A stretch of 64,000 nucleotides of DNA, taken from assembly GCA_963770895.1 (NCBI GenBank), contig CAVYRF010000002.1, positions 1,472,001 through 1,536,000 on the forward strand, given 5' to 3'. The DNA comes from an uncultured Acidobacteriota bacterium. GTDB taxonomy: Bacteria > Acidobacteriota > Thermoanaerobaculia > Multivoradales > UBA5704. The translations under genes and the position numbers were made by a program. Every line of letters begins with the position of its first letter. Position 1 is the first letter of the stretch. The notes below the pieces were generated by a model. The model searched no databases. It was not told where the DNA came from and saw only the letters and a list, made by a program, of their open reading frames with translations. Shown in pieces: positions 48,414 to 56,825 of the stretch.

Positions 48414-49612
48414 GAGCGGTACTCCAGCACGGCGATGCCGGGCAGCTCGCGGCCGGCCAGAAACTCCAGCGAGGCGCCGCCGCCGGTCGAGACGTGTCCG
48501 ATCCGGGCGGCGACTCCGGCCTGGTGCGCCGCGGCAACGGTTTCGCCGCCGCCGATCACCGAGAAGCCGGCGCAATCGGCCAGCGCCTGCGCCACCTCGC
48601 GCGTGCCGGCGTCGAAGGGCGGGCGCTCGAAGACACCGAGCGGGCCGTTCCAGAAGAGCGTGCGGGCGGCGCCGATCGCCGCCGCGAAGTCGCGCCGGGT
48701 GGCCGGCCCGACGTCCACCGCCTTCATGCCCGGCGGCACGGCGCCGGCGGCGACGGTTTCGACGCGGCGCGGGTTGTCCAGGTCGTCGGTGACCACCAGA
48801 TCGGACGGCAGCTTCACCGTCACCCCATGGCGCTCGGCGCTGGCCAGGATGTCGCGCGCCACGTCCAGGCGCTCTTTTTCGAAGAGCGACGCCGCCATGT
48901 CGTGACCCTGGGCAGCCAGAAAGGTGTTGGCCATGCCGCCGCCCACCAGCACCACGTCGAGGCGCGGCAGGAGGTTGGCCAGGGTGTCGATCTTGCCCTC
49001 GATCTTGGCGCCGCCCAGAAGCGCGGTAAAGGGGCGCTCCGGCTCGCCCAGCAGCCGGCCGAGCGACGTCACCTCTTTTTCCATCAGGCGCCCGGCGGCC
49101 CGGCGCGGCAGGTGAGCGACGATGCCCACCACCGAGGCGTGCGCGCGATGGGCGCTGCCGAACGCGTCGTCCACGTAGGCGTCGGCCAGCTCGGCCAGCG
49201 CCGCCGCGAAGCCGGGGTCGTTCTGCGTCTCGCCGGCGTGGAAGCGGAGGTTCTCCAGCAGCACCACGCCGCCCGGGATCACCTCTTCGACCGCCTCGTG
49301 GGCAGCGGCCCCCACGCAGTCGGTGGCAAAGGCGACCGGCGAGCGCAGCAGCTCGGCCAGCTTGCGCGCCACCGGCCGCAGGCTGTACCGCGGGTCGGGG
49401 GCGCCCTTGGGGCGGCCGCAATGCGAAGCCAGGACCAGGCGGCCACCGGCGGCGGCCAGCTCGCGCAGGGTCGGCACGGCCTCCTGCAGGCGCGTCGCGT
49501 CCATCACCTCGCCGTCCGGCGACAGCGGCACGTTGAAATCGACGCGCACGAAGATGCGCTGCCCGGCAAGGCGCCGGAAATCGAGATCGGACAGGGTCAG
49601 CAAGGGGATCAT
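48410..49612 (-). CDS. pgk: Phosphoglycerate kinase
   Basis: RVDFNVPL, LLENLRF, DAFGSAHRAHAS, WNGPLGVFE, STGGGASLEFL. Confidence 0.98.
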   Translation of the reverse strand: MIPLLTLSDLDFRRLAGQRIFVRVDFNVPLSPDGEVMDATRLQEAVPTLRELAAAGGRLVLASHCGRPKGAPDPRYSLRPVARKLAELLRSPVAFATDCVGAAAHEAVEEVIPGGVVLLENLRFHAGETQNDPGFAAALAELADAYVDDAFGSAHRAHASVVGIVAHLPRRAAGRLMEKEVTSLGRLLGEPERPFTALLGGAKIEGKIDTLANLLPRLDVVLVGGGMANTFLAAQGHDMAASLFEKERLDVARDILASAERHGVTVKLPSDLVVTDDLDNPRRVETVAAGAVPPGMKAVDVGPATRRDFAAAIGAARTLFWNGPLGVFERPPFDAGTREVAQALADCAGFSVIGGGETVAAAHQAGVAARIGHVSTGGGASLEFLAGRELPGIAVLEYRS

Positions 49613-49627
49613 GGCGTGGCTCTCTCC

Positions 49628-50677
49628 TCAGCGCGAAGGTGGTGGCACAGCGGCAGCGGCGGCAGCGTCAGTGGCAAGCCGCACCAGCAGGTCGGCCAGG
49701 CGGTTGGCATAGCCCCACTCGTTGTCGTACCAGGCGACGACCCGCACCAGGCCGTCCCGCTCTTCGATCAGCGGCAGGTCGACGACGCCCGAGCGCGGCT
49801 CGCCGACGAAGTCGGACGACACCAGGGCGTCGTCGACCGCTCCCAGGACCTCCGCCATCGCGCCGTCGGAGGCGGCCCGGAAGGCCTGCCGCACCGCGGC
49901 GGCATCCGGCGCGTCGCGCAGGTCGGCGACCAGGTCGAGCATCGCCACGACGGGTGTCGGCACCCGCACGGTGAGCCCGGCGATCCGCCCGGCGAGCGAC
50001 GGCAGCACCAGGCCCAGCGCCGCCGGGGTGGTGGTCGCAACCGGCACGATGTTCAGCCCCGCGGCGCGCGCCCGGCGCGGATCGGCGTGGGCGCCGTCGA
50101 GCAGACGCTGGCTTTCGGTATAGCTGTGGATCACCGTCGCCACGCCGCGCCGCAGCCCGAACGAGTCGTCCAGCACCTTGGCCACCAGGGCCAGGCAGTT
50201 GGTGGTGCACGACGCGCCGCTGATCACGAACTGGCGGGCAGGATCCAGGTCGCCATCGTTGACGCCCCGGCACACCGTGACGTCGGCAAGGTCGCCGGGG
50301 TCGGGATTGGCGCTCAGCACCACGTGCCCCGCGCCGCCCGGCGCGGCCAGGTGACCGGCGGCCTGGGCCCGGCCCAGAAACCGTCCAGTGGCCTCCACCA
50401 CCACGTCCACCCGCTGCGACCGCCAGTCGATGCGCGCCGGGTCGGGCTCGTGCCATATCGGCACGAAGCGCCCGTCGATCTCCAGCCCGCCGGCAACCTC
50501 GGCGACCCGGCTGCCGAAGGGTCCGCGCACCGAGTCGCGCGCCAGCAGCCGCGCCAGGACGGGGGCCGCCACCACGTCGTTGACCGCCGCCAGCTGCAGC
50601 TCCGGCCGCTGCCCGGCGACGCGCGCCAGCGCCCGCCCGACGCGGCCCAGACCGTTGATACCGAAGCGCAATGCCAT
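49628..50677 (-). CDS. gap: Type I glyceraldehyde-3-phosphate dehydrogenase family protein (divergent)
   Basis: GINGLGRVGR, ASCTTNCLA, RVPT, WYDNEWGY; first gene of gap-pgk-tpiA. Confidence 0.88.
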   Translation of the reverse strand: MALRFGINGLGRVGRALARVAGQRPELQLAAVNDVVAAPVLARLLARDSVRGPFGSRVAEVAGGLEIDGRFVPIWHEPDPARIDWRSQRVDVVVEATGRFLGRAQAAGHLAAPGGAGHVVLSANPDPGDLADVTVCRGVNDGDLDPARQFVISGASCTTNCLALVAKVLDDSFGLRRGVATVIHSYTESQRLLDGAHADPRRARAAGLNIVPVATTTPAALGLVLPSLAGRIAGLTVRVPTPVVAMLDLVADLRDAPDAAAVRQAFRAASDGAMAEVLGAVDDALVSSDFVGEPRSGVVDLPLIEERDGLVRVVAWYDNEWGYANRLADLLVRLATDAAAAAAVPPPSR

Positions 50678-50866
50678 GATCAGTCTCGCCTGGCCCGCGG
50701 GCCGGCGGCCAGGTACTCTATCAGGCGGTGTCCCGTTGCGGGCTCGCGCCTGCACCATCTTCTAGCGAACGGCTTGAGGGTCTACCGCGCGCCACGTGGC
50801 GGCGGACTGGCGCCAGGCCGCCGGCCGACGAGACCACCGGCACGGCGAACAAGGAGGACCACGACC

Positions 50867-51217
50867 ATGGAAATGGGTAACTACTGCAAGGCCTACCTGG
50901 CCCAGCAATTCCGCCAGTATTCCGGCTGGACCGAGAACAAGGCCAACGTCCGCAAAGAGAAGAAAGAGATCGACGGCAAGGAAGTCGAAGTCGACCGCGA
51001 CCTCGACGACGATTCGATCCTCTACCTGCAGGAGAACTACATCGTCACCGACGGCATCTTCAAAGATGAGAACATCATCTTCGAGAACGTGACCGACGAC
51101 TGGAAGCACTTCTGCACCGAAACCCTCGCCTTCGAGATCCCGGTCTACGAGCCGATCGAGATCCCCAAGGCCCCCGAGGCCGAAGCCCAGCCAGTCGCCC
51201 CGGCTCCCGCCGGCTAG
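50867..51217 (+). CDS. Small acidic hypothetical protein (116 aa)
   Basis: AAGGAGG RBS; MEMGNYCKAYLAQQFRQYSGW...YLQENYIVTDGIFKDENIIF...W..FC; strongly biased codon usage. Confidence 0.88.
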   Translation: MEMGNYCKAYLAQQFRQYSGWTENKANVRKEKKEIDGKEVEVDRDLDDDSILYLQENYIVTDGIFKDENIIFENVTDDWKHFCTETLAFEIPVYEPIEIPKAPEAEAQPVAPAPAG

Positions 51218-51380
51218 CGATCCGCACCCGCCGGGCCGCGCCCAGGCGCACCCGGCGACAGGCCCCACCCCGGCGTGGGGCCGGGCTCAGTCGCAAGCCC
51301 GCCTGCCGTCCCGCCAAGGCCCCGCGGCAGCCGCCGCAAAGCCGGGGCCGGCGGGGCGGGCGTTCGCATACACTGTCGCG

Positions 51381-52562
51381 GTGCGCCAGCCCCTGGTCTT
51401 AGGCATCGAGACATCCTGCGACGACACCGCCTGCGCCGTGCTGGACGGCGCCGGCCGCGTCCTGTCGTCGATCGTCAGCAGCCAGGTCGCCGCCCACCGC
51501 CCCTACGGCGGCGTCGTCCCCGAAATCGCCTCGCGCGAGCACCTCGCCAACTGGCTGCCGGTCAGCGACGCCGCCCTGGCAGCCGCCGGCGTCACCGTCG
51601 CCGACCTGGACCTCATCGCCGCCACCCGCGGCCCCGGCCTGGTCGGCGCCCTCCTGGTCGGCCTCTCCCTGGGCAAGGCCCTGGCCTACGCCCTGGGCCG
51701 CCCCTTCCACGCCGTGCACCACCTGGAAGGGCACCTCTACTCCCCCTTCCTGGCCCCTCCCACCAGCCCAACGGCCAAAAGCCCATCCTGCCCGCCAGCC
51801 GGCGAGGCGCCAGGCGTCGCACCCCCTGCCGCCGCCGGCGACGACGCCGCGGAGGTCCCCCAGGCCTTCTACGGCCTCATCCTGTCCGGCGGCCACAGCG
51901 GCCTGTTCTCGGTCCTCCAGGGGCAGGTCGAAACCCTGGGAGAAACCCGCGACGACGCCTTCGGCGAAGTCTTCGACAAAGTGGGGAAGCGCCTGGGCCT
52001 GCCCTATCCCCAGGGCCCGCGCGTCGACGAGCTGGCCGAGCGAGGCGACGCGCAAGCCTTTCGCCTCCCCATCCCCGCCTGCGGCGACGCCTTCGAGTTT
52101 TCATACTCCGGCCTCAAAAGCCGCACCCTGACCGAAATCGAGCGCCTGGAGACCCGCCTGGGCCCCCTGGACGGCGAGCTACCCCCCGGCAGCGACGCCC
52201 GCCACCTGCCCCAGCCCGTCCTGGACCTGCTGGCCAGCTTCCGCCACGCCGCCGTAGCCCAGGTGCTCGACCGCCTGGACCGCCTTGTCGCCGCCGGGTG
52301 GCACCGCCAACAGCACGCCAACCGCCCCCCCCTGGCCGTCTCCGGCGGCGCCGCCGCCAACCGCCTCCTCCGCCGCCAGCTCCCCGCCTGGAGCGCCCAT
52401 CACGGCATCGACCTCCGCCTGGTGCCCCTCCCCTACGCCGGCGACAACGCCGCCATGATCGCCTTCGCCGCCCTCCAGCGCCAATCCCGCGGCCAATCCG
52501 ACGACCCCTTCGCCGCCGAAGCCGAAAGCCGCATCCCCTTCACCCACCCCATCGGCAACTGA
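51381..52562 (+). CDS. tsaD: tRNA N6-threonylcarbamoyltransferase TsaD
   Basis: LGIETSCDDT, GGVVPEIASREH, GPGLVGAL, HHLEGH, SGGHS, TRDDA, FSYSGLK, DNAAMIA. Confidence 0.97.
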   Translation: MRQPLVLGIETSCDDTACAVLDGAGRVLSSIVSSQVAAHRPYGGVVPEIASREHLANWLPVSDAALAAAGVTVADLDLIAATRGPGLVGALLVGLSLGKALAYALGRPFHAVHHLEGHLYSPFLAPPTSPTAKSPSCPPAGEAPGVAPPAAAGDDAAEVPQAFYGLILSGGHSGLFSVLQGQVETLGETRDDAFGEVFDKVGKRLGLPYPQGPRVDELAERGDAQAFRLPIPACGDAFEFSYSGLKSRTLTEIERLETRLGPLDGELPPGSDARHLPQPVLDLLASFRHAAVAQVLDRLDRLVAAGWHRQQHANRPPLAVSGGAAANRLLRRQLPAWSAHHGIDLRLVPLPYAGDNAAMIAFAALQRQSRGQSDDPFAAEAESRIPFTHPIGN

Positions 52563-52651
52563 TACTCCGACAAGCAGGCGTCTACGCCTGTGTTGACACT
52601 GAAAAATCAGGGATGTTGGCAGCGGACCTTCAGGCCAGGTCGGATCGCCGT

Positions 52652-52869
52652 GTTGCCCCGATCGCGACGCGCCTGGCGGCGCGTGCGCAATCGGGCCGGG
52701 GGGGCGGGGCGAGGCGTCTTGCCACGCATGGAGGGTGTGCGGCGACGGTGGCCTGTGGAGCCGGGCCAAAGACGAAGCGCCTTTCGTCGCGGCAAGACCT
52801 TCCCTCTTCGCTCCCCGGCCCGAGCGCGGTCGCGCCGTCAGGCGCGCCGCGGTCGGGGCAACCAGCCGC
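52652..52869 (+). repeat. Palindromic REP-doublet (REPIN/MITE-like) element, copy 1 (complete)
   Basis: Begins gttgccccga; ...tcggggcaac ends at 52862. The two ~49-bp arms are inverted copies, each a hairpin itself; internal gtcttgcc/ggcaagac inverted pair. Confidence 0.85.
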
Positions 52870-53026
52870 CGGCCTGGGCGTTCTTCCTGATACCGTAGGT
52901 GCACCAGGCCGCCGCCGTGGGGGGCGGCCTTGATGACACCACCCCGCTGCCGCATGCCGGCGCGCGTGCTTGCAGCCGCGGCAAGGCGCGCCAGCGATAC
53001 CCAGCCTGCCGGAGAACCCAGCACCG

Positions 53027-54013
53027 ATGCCATTTGACCAGAGAGCGACCAGTTCTGCCTCCCAGGGCCGCCTCCCCGAGCCAGGGCCAGAGGTCCTTGC
53101 CTGGCTGCTTGATTCCGATCCGGCGATCCGCTGGCAGGTGATGCGCGACCTGACCGGCGCCGCTCCAGACGAGGTGGCGGCCGAGCGCGAAAAGGTCGCG
53201 CACGAAGGTGCGGGCGCACGGCTGCTCGCTCTCCAGGCACCCGATGGGCGATGGGGCGGCGCGGCGTGGAACCGCGGCTGGGACTCCACGATGCACGTCC
53301 TGTCGCTCCTCTGGGAGATGGGTCTCGATCCCGCCAGCGACAAGGCGCGGCGCGCGGTGGGCCTGGTTCGCGACCGCGTGACCTGGCGCGGGTGCGGCCC
53401 GCAGGAGGCGGACAACAACTCCTACTTCGCCGGCGAGGTCGAACCCTGCATCAACGGCCAGGTGGCGGCGCCCGGCGCCTATTTCGGCCAGGACGTCCAG
53501 GGCATCGTCGATCGCCTGCTCGGCGAGCAGCTGGCCGACGGCGGCTGGAACTGCGAAGCGCCCAACGGCTCGACGCGCTCGTCCTTCCACACCACGATTT
53601 GCGTGCTCGAGGCCCTGCTCGAGCACGAACGGGCCGGCGGCGGCGGCCCGGCGGTGACCGCGGCCCGGCTCCGCGGGCAGGAGTACCTTCTCGAGCGCCG
53701 CCTCTTCCGCCGCCGCTCGACCGGAGAGGTGATCGACGCGGCCTGGACGCGCTTCGCCTTCCCGACCTGGTGGCACTACGACGTGCTGCGGGGGCTCGAG
53801 TACCTGCGCCGCGCCGGCGTCGCGCCCGACGAACGCGTCGCCGAGGCAATCGATCTGGTCGTATCGAAACAGGACCACGACGGCCGCTGGCTGCTCGACA
53901 CCCGCTACCCGGGCAAGATGCCCCTCGAAACCGGCGAGGCCGAGGGCCAGCCGAGCCGCTGGAACACCCTTCGCGCCTGGCGAGCGCTGAGCTGGTATTC
54001 GTCACTGGTCTGA
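53027..54013 (+). CDS. Hypothetical alpha/alpha-toroid protein (prenyltransferase/squalene cyclase-like QW repeats)
   Basis: QAPDGRW, QLADGGWNC and QDHDGRW repeats; WLLDSDPAIRWQV N-terminus. Confidence 0.8.
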   Translation: MPFDQRATSSASQGRLPEPGPEVLAWLLDSDPAIRWQVMRDLTGAAPDEVAAEREKVAHEGAGARLLALQAPDGRWGGAAWNRGWDSTMHVLSLLWEMGLDPASDKARRAVGLVRDRVTWRGCGPQEADNNSYFAGEVEPCINGQVAAPGAYFGQDVQGIVDRLLGEQLADGGWNCEAPNGSTRSSFHTTICVLEALLEHERAGGGGPAVTAARLRGQEYLLERRLFRRRSTGEVIDAAWTRFAFPTWWHYDVLRGLEYLRRAGVAPDERVAEAIDLVVSKQDHDGRWLLDTRYPGKMPLETGEAEGQPSRWNTLRAWRALSWYSSLV

Positions 54014-54039
54014 CGCAGAGGCGGAACTGCGCCGCGGTG

Positions 54040-55461
54040 TCAGCGGCCGCTCAGGCCGTTCCCATTCCCACCGCGGGGCTTTCTCCATGCTGAGGCGGAG
54101 CCCCTCCTGTTCGGCACTCTCTCTAACTTTCCGGCATCTCTCAAGCGATAAAAGACCTCCTTCACCTTGTTCTCTGAAGCAATACCTGTAAGATCACGCG
54201 CTATTGAGTTGGTGATCTCGTCATGATCGCCAAGGTAGGCAAGGATCGCCTCTTCGGGAGCCGCGAGCCGTTCGTGCCGTATGAAGACTATTACGCTATT
54301 CTGTCGCTCCTCGATAACTGGTTCCTTAAGGCGAAGGGCTCGCATTGCTTGGAATGCCGTATTCAACCCCTCGCCGACGTCCTTATTGGGCGGATCGGGA
54401 AATTTGTTAATGAGGCGAACGATCGCGCCATTACGAGCAAACTGCTCTTGCAATATATTGTTCGGAGTTACGTGGCCCGGCAATGTTCCCGGGCTCTCAA
54501 TCTCTACTCGGTTGTCGAAAACCCTGATGTGGATATCAGCGGGTATGCTGTAATCGCGATGCAGCGCAGCGTTTGTAATGATCTCATGCAAAGTCTCATT
54601 GGGGTATTTGATAGCCTCAAGGCCAGACGGCCCCATTACTTGGACGCCCGCTACCAGGCGAACAGTCTCTTCTACAGCTCTGGCTATCTGGTCATAGAGA
54701 TGACCCTCGATTGTTAAAATATCTCCCGCCAGCGTATCTCTGCTGCCTTGACCTCCAGTTGTCTTATATCTATAGAGTTTAATGCTGCATCGCTTTGGCA
54801 GGATCGCCTGCGGCAGCTCTGTAAACAATAGAACTGCCGCCACCACAAGCTTGCCCCCGACGATCATCAATTGCTTCCGCAACCAAGGCTCAGGCTCAGC
54901 AGTGGGGACCACAGACAAAAGAAATTGAAGAATTACAACGGAGTTCGTGGCCAACCGCAAGCCTGCTACAACAGTTTCGTTCTCAAATGAAGTGACGCCC
55001 TTGTCGAGGCGTAGGCGGGCAAGTTCCTCCTCGGTAAGAATTGGCAGATTCTGCGCGCCTCGGCGAAGGTATGTCCTGCCATCGGACGCCTTGTAAATGT
55101 CTCTCGTCTTCAATACCTGCACCTGCAGAACCAGCCCATTTTCGGAAGCGCATTTCAAAAATGTTGCGGTGAAATATGATCCGAATGGGAGGGTGTTCGC
55201 GAACACTTGCACATGGCCATTTGCAGCTTCTGGATCAGGGAAACCTCGCCAGGTCCTAATCTTGCCACCACCAGGTCCTAAGGTTTCATCGATACCGATA
55301 TAGAGTTCACCGCCGGCGGCATTAGCAAAACCAGATATGGTTCTTGTCAGCTTGCCCGGCGCTATGTCTCGGGATTTAAGGTCGTGGAAATGCCCTTCGG
55401 GCAAGCTCAGGACTATGTCTCGCTGCTGCTGGGTGATTTCGACGGTGTCTAGACTCGTCAT
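54040..55461 (-). CDS. Schlafen/AlbA_2 domain + HATPase-like (RecG C-terminal-like) + winged-HTH protein, low GC
   Basis: EGHFHDLKS...ISGFANAAGGELYIGID (AlbA_2); EIITNAALHRDY...FDNRVEIESPG...RNGAI (HATPase_c_4-like); C-terminal ITNSIARDLTG HTH. Confidence 0.9.
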   Translation of the reverse strand: MTSLDTVEITQQQRDIVLSLPEGHFHDLKSRDIAPGKLTRTISGFANAAGGELYIGIDETLGPGGGKIRTWRGFPDPEAANGHVQVFANTLPFGSYFTATFLKCASENGLVLQVQVLKTRDIYKASDGRTYLRRGAQNLPILTEEELARLRLDKGVTSFENETVVAGLRLATNSVVILQFLLSVVPTAEPEPWLRKQLMIVGGKLVVAAVLLFTELPQAILPKRCSIKLYRYKTTGGQGSRDTLAGDILTIEGHLYDQIARAVEETVRLVAGVQVMGPSGLEAIKYPNETLHEIITNAALHRDYSIPADIHIRVFDNRVEIESPGTLPGHVTPNNILQEQFARNGAIVRLINKFPDPPNKDVGEGLNTAFQAMRALRLKEPVIEERQNSVIVFIRHERLAAPEEAILAYLGDHDEITNSIARDLTGIASENKVKEVFYRLRDAGKLERVPNRRGSASAWRKPRGGNGNGLSGR

Positions 55462-55465
55462 CGCA

Positions 55466-55702
55466 TCAGTCCTCGGTCTTCAGGAACTGCCGCAGCGCTT
55501 CCCGCATGATCTCAGAGGCAGCCACCGCCCGCTCGACGGCCGCCGTCTTGAACGCTTTCCTCTCGTCCTGGTGCATGCAGGCCAAGCCCCGCACGGTGAC
55601 AGTCGTCTTGCCCCCATCGGACCCAGCCTCGTCTTTTCCGGCATGACAGTAGGTTACACAGGCGACCTTGGGTCCAATTGACGCTAGCGACAATACTGAC
55701 AT
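55466..55702 (-). CDS. Small ribbon-helix-helix (CopG-like) protein, possibly degenerate
   Basis: C-terminal DERKAFKTAAVERAVAASEIMREALRQFL fits two RHH helices; stop is 4 nt before the next ATG; start uncertain. Confidence 0.5.
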   Translation of the reverse strand: MSVLSLASIGPKVACVTYCHAGKDEAGSDGGKTTVTVRGLACMHQDERKAFKTAAVERAVAASEIMREALRQFLKTED

Positions 55703-55785
55703 GGATTAATCGCCATGAACAGCGATTTGACGGCGCCTAAGCCTACGTAGCCATGAGAAAGATTGCGTTCTAACTGCCGGCAACA

Positions 55786-55944
55786 GTTGCCCCGATTGCG
55801 ACGCGCCTGGCGGCGCGTCGCAATCGAGGTGGGAGGGCAGCCGAAGCGTCTTGCCACGCATGGTGGCGATGATGGCATGTGGAACCGGGCCGAAGGCGAG
55901 GCGCCCTCGTCGCGGCAAGACCTTCCCTCTTCGCAACCAGCCGC
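55786..55944 (+). repeat. REP-doublet element, copy 2 (right arm deleted)
   Basis: Aligns with 52652-52811, then jumps to the shared tail aaccagccgc. Perfect hairpin cgattgcgacgcgcc-tggc-ggcgcgtcgcaatcg. Confidence 0.85.
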
Positions 55945-56233
55945 TAGTGCAAACCGGAGGCGTAGAGTGGGCCGCAGTCCGACTTTAGCGGCCCGGGCGA
56001 AAGGGGTCGTGGCCCTGGCATCCACCGCACCAACCAAAGGTCCATCTTTTCCAGGCAAGCCCGCAGCGAGCCCCTCTTCGTATCCGCCCGCGATCTGAAG
56101 GCTACAAAGCGTCCACGCCAAGCCGGAAAAGCCAAAACGCCTGCCTCCACCCTTCTCGCCTCCGTTCACGACTCAAAAGGCGCCCCTCGCCGACGATCGT
56201 TCGGTAGATCGGGCTTATCGCCGAACAAATCTC

Positions 56234-56262
56234 TTGCGTTGCGCCTGATTTCGCCATATCGT
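56234..56262 (+). promoter_or_regulatory. Possible sigma70 promoter of the lrp-eamA pair
   Basis: TTGCGT-N17-TATCGT; upstream inverted repeat gttcgg...ccgaac. Confidence 0.4.
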
Positions 56263-56285
56263 CTTGGAGAGAGGCGAGGTGGCGA

Positions 56286-56825
56286 ATGATCGACGCTATT
56301 GACCGTGAAATTCTGAATATCCTTCAGCAGAACGCTCGTACTTCCAACGCAGAGATCGCTCGGCAGGTGGGGATGGCGCCTTCGGCCATCTTGGAGCGGG
56401 TGCGCAAGCTGGAGGGGCGTGGGGTGATCAGGGGCTACCAGGCTCAGATCGACCCCGAAGCGATTGGGCTCCACCTGCTGGCATATATCTTCGTGCGCAC
56501 GACCGACCGCGCCGGCGAGGTGCGCACCGGCGAGGTGCTGGCTGAGATCGACGAGGTGCAGGAGATCCACCACATCGCCGGCGAAGACTGCTACCTGGTC
56601 AAGGTGCGGGTCAGCGATCCGCGATCGCTCGGCCGTCTGCTGCGCGAACGGTTCACTGCCGCGATCGGGGTGCTGTCGACCCGGACCACGATCGTGCTCG
56701 AAACCTTGCACGAAAACACCCAGCTGCCGCTCCCGGCCGCGCCGGAGACGCCCGAAGCCATCGCCGCGGTGGAAATTGGCGCCCTTGCGGAGGTGAACCA
56801 TGTCCGCGAAGAGGTGGCGCCGTGA
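56286..56825 (+). CDS. Lrp/AsnC family transcriptional regulator
   Basis: IDAIDREILNILQQNARTSNAEIARQVG...RVRKLE...GVIRGY; AGEDCYLVKV. Confidence 0.96.
   Translation: MIDAIDREILNILQQNARTSNAEIARQVGMAPSAILERVRKLEGRGVIRGYQAQIDPEAIGLHLLAYIFVRTTDRAGEVRTGEVLAEIDEVQEIHHIAGEDCYLVKVRVSDPRSLGRLLRERFTAAIGVLSTRTTIVLETLHENTQLPLPAAPETPEAIAAVEIGALAEVNHVREEVAP

Noticed and set aside
54223-54717. 164-aa + strand ORF in the low-GC island
   Set aside because: Fully antisense to the Schlafen-domain gene, with no recognisable motif.
52652-55944. Repeats as a CRISPR array or integron attC sites
   Set aside because: Only two long copies 3 kb apart; no spacers, cas or intI; no convincing RYYYAAC...GTTRRRY boundaries.
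55944-56169. Short minus-strand ORFs between repeat copy 2 and lrp
   Set aside because: No RBS or motif support; may be a gene remnant but cannot be identified.
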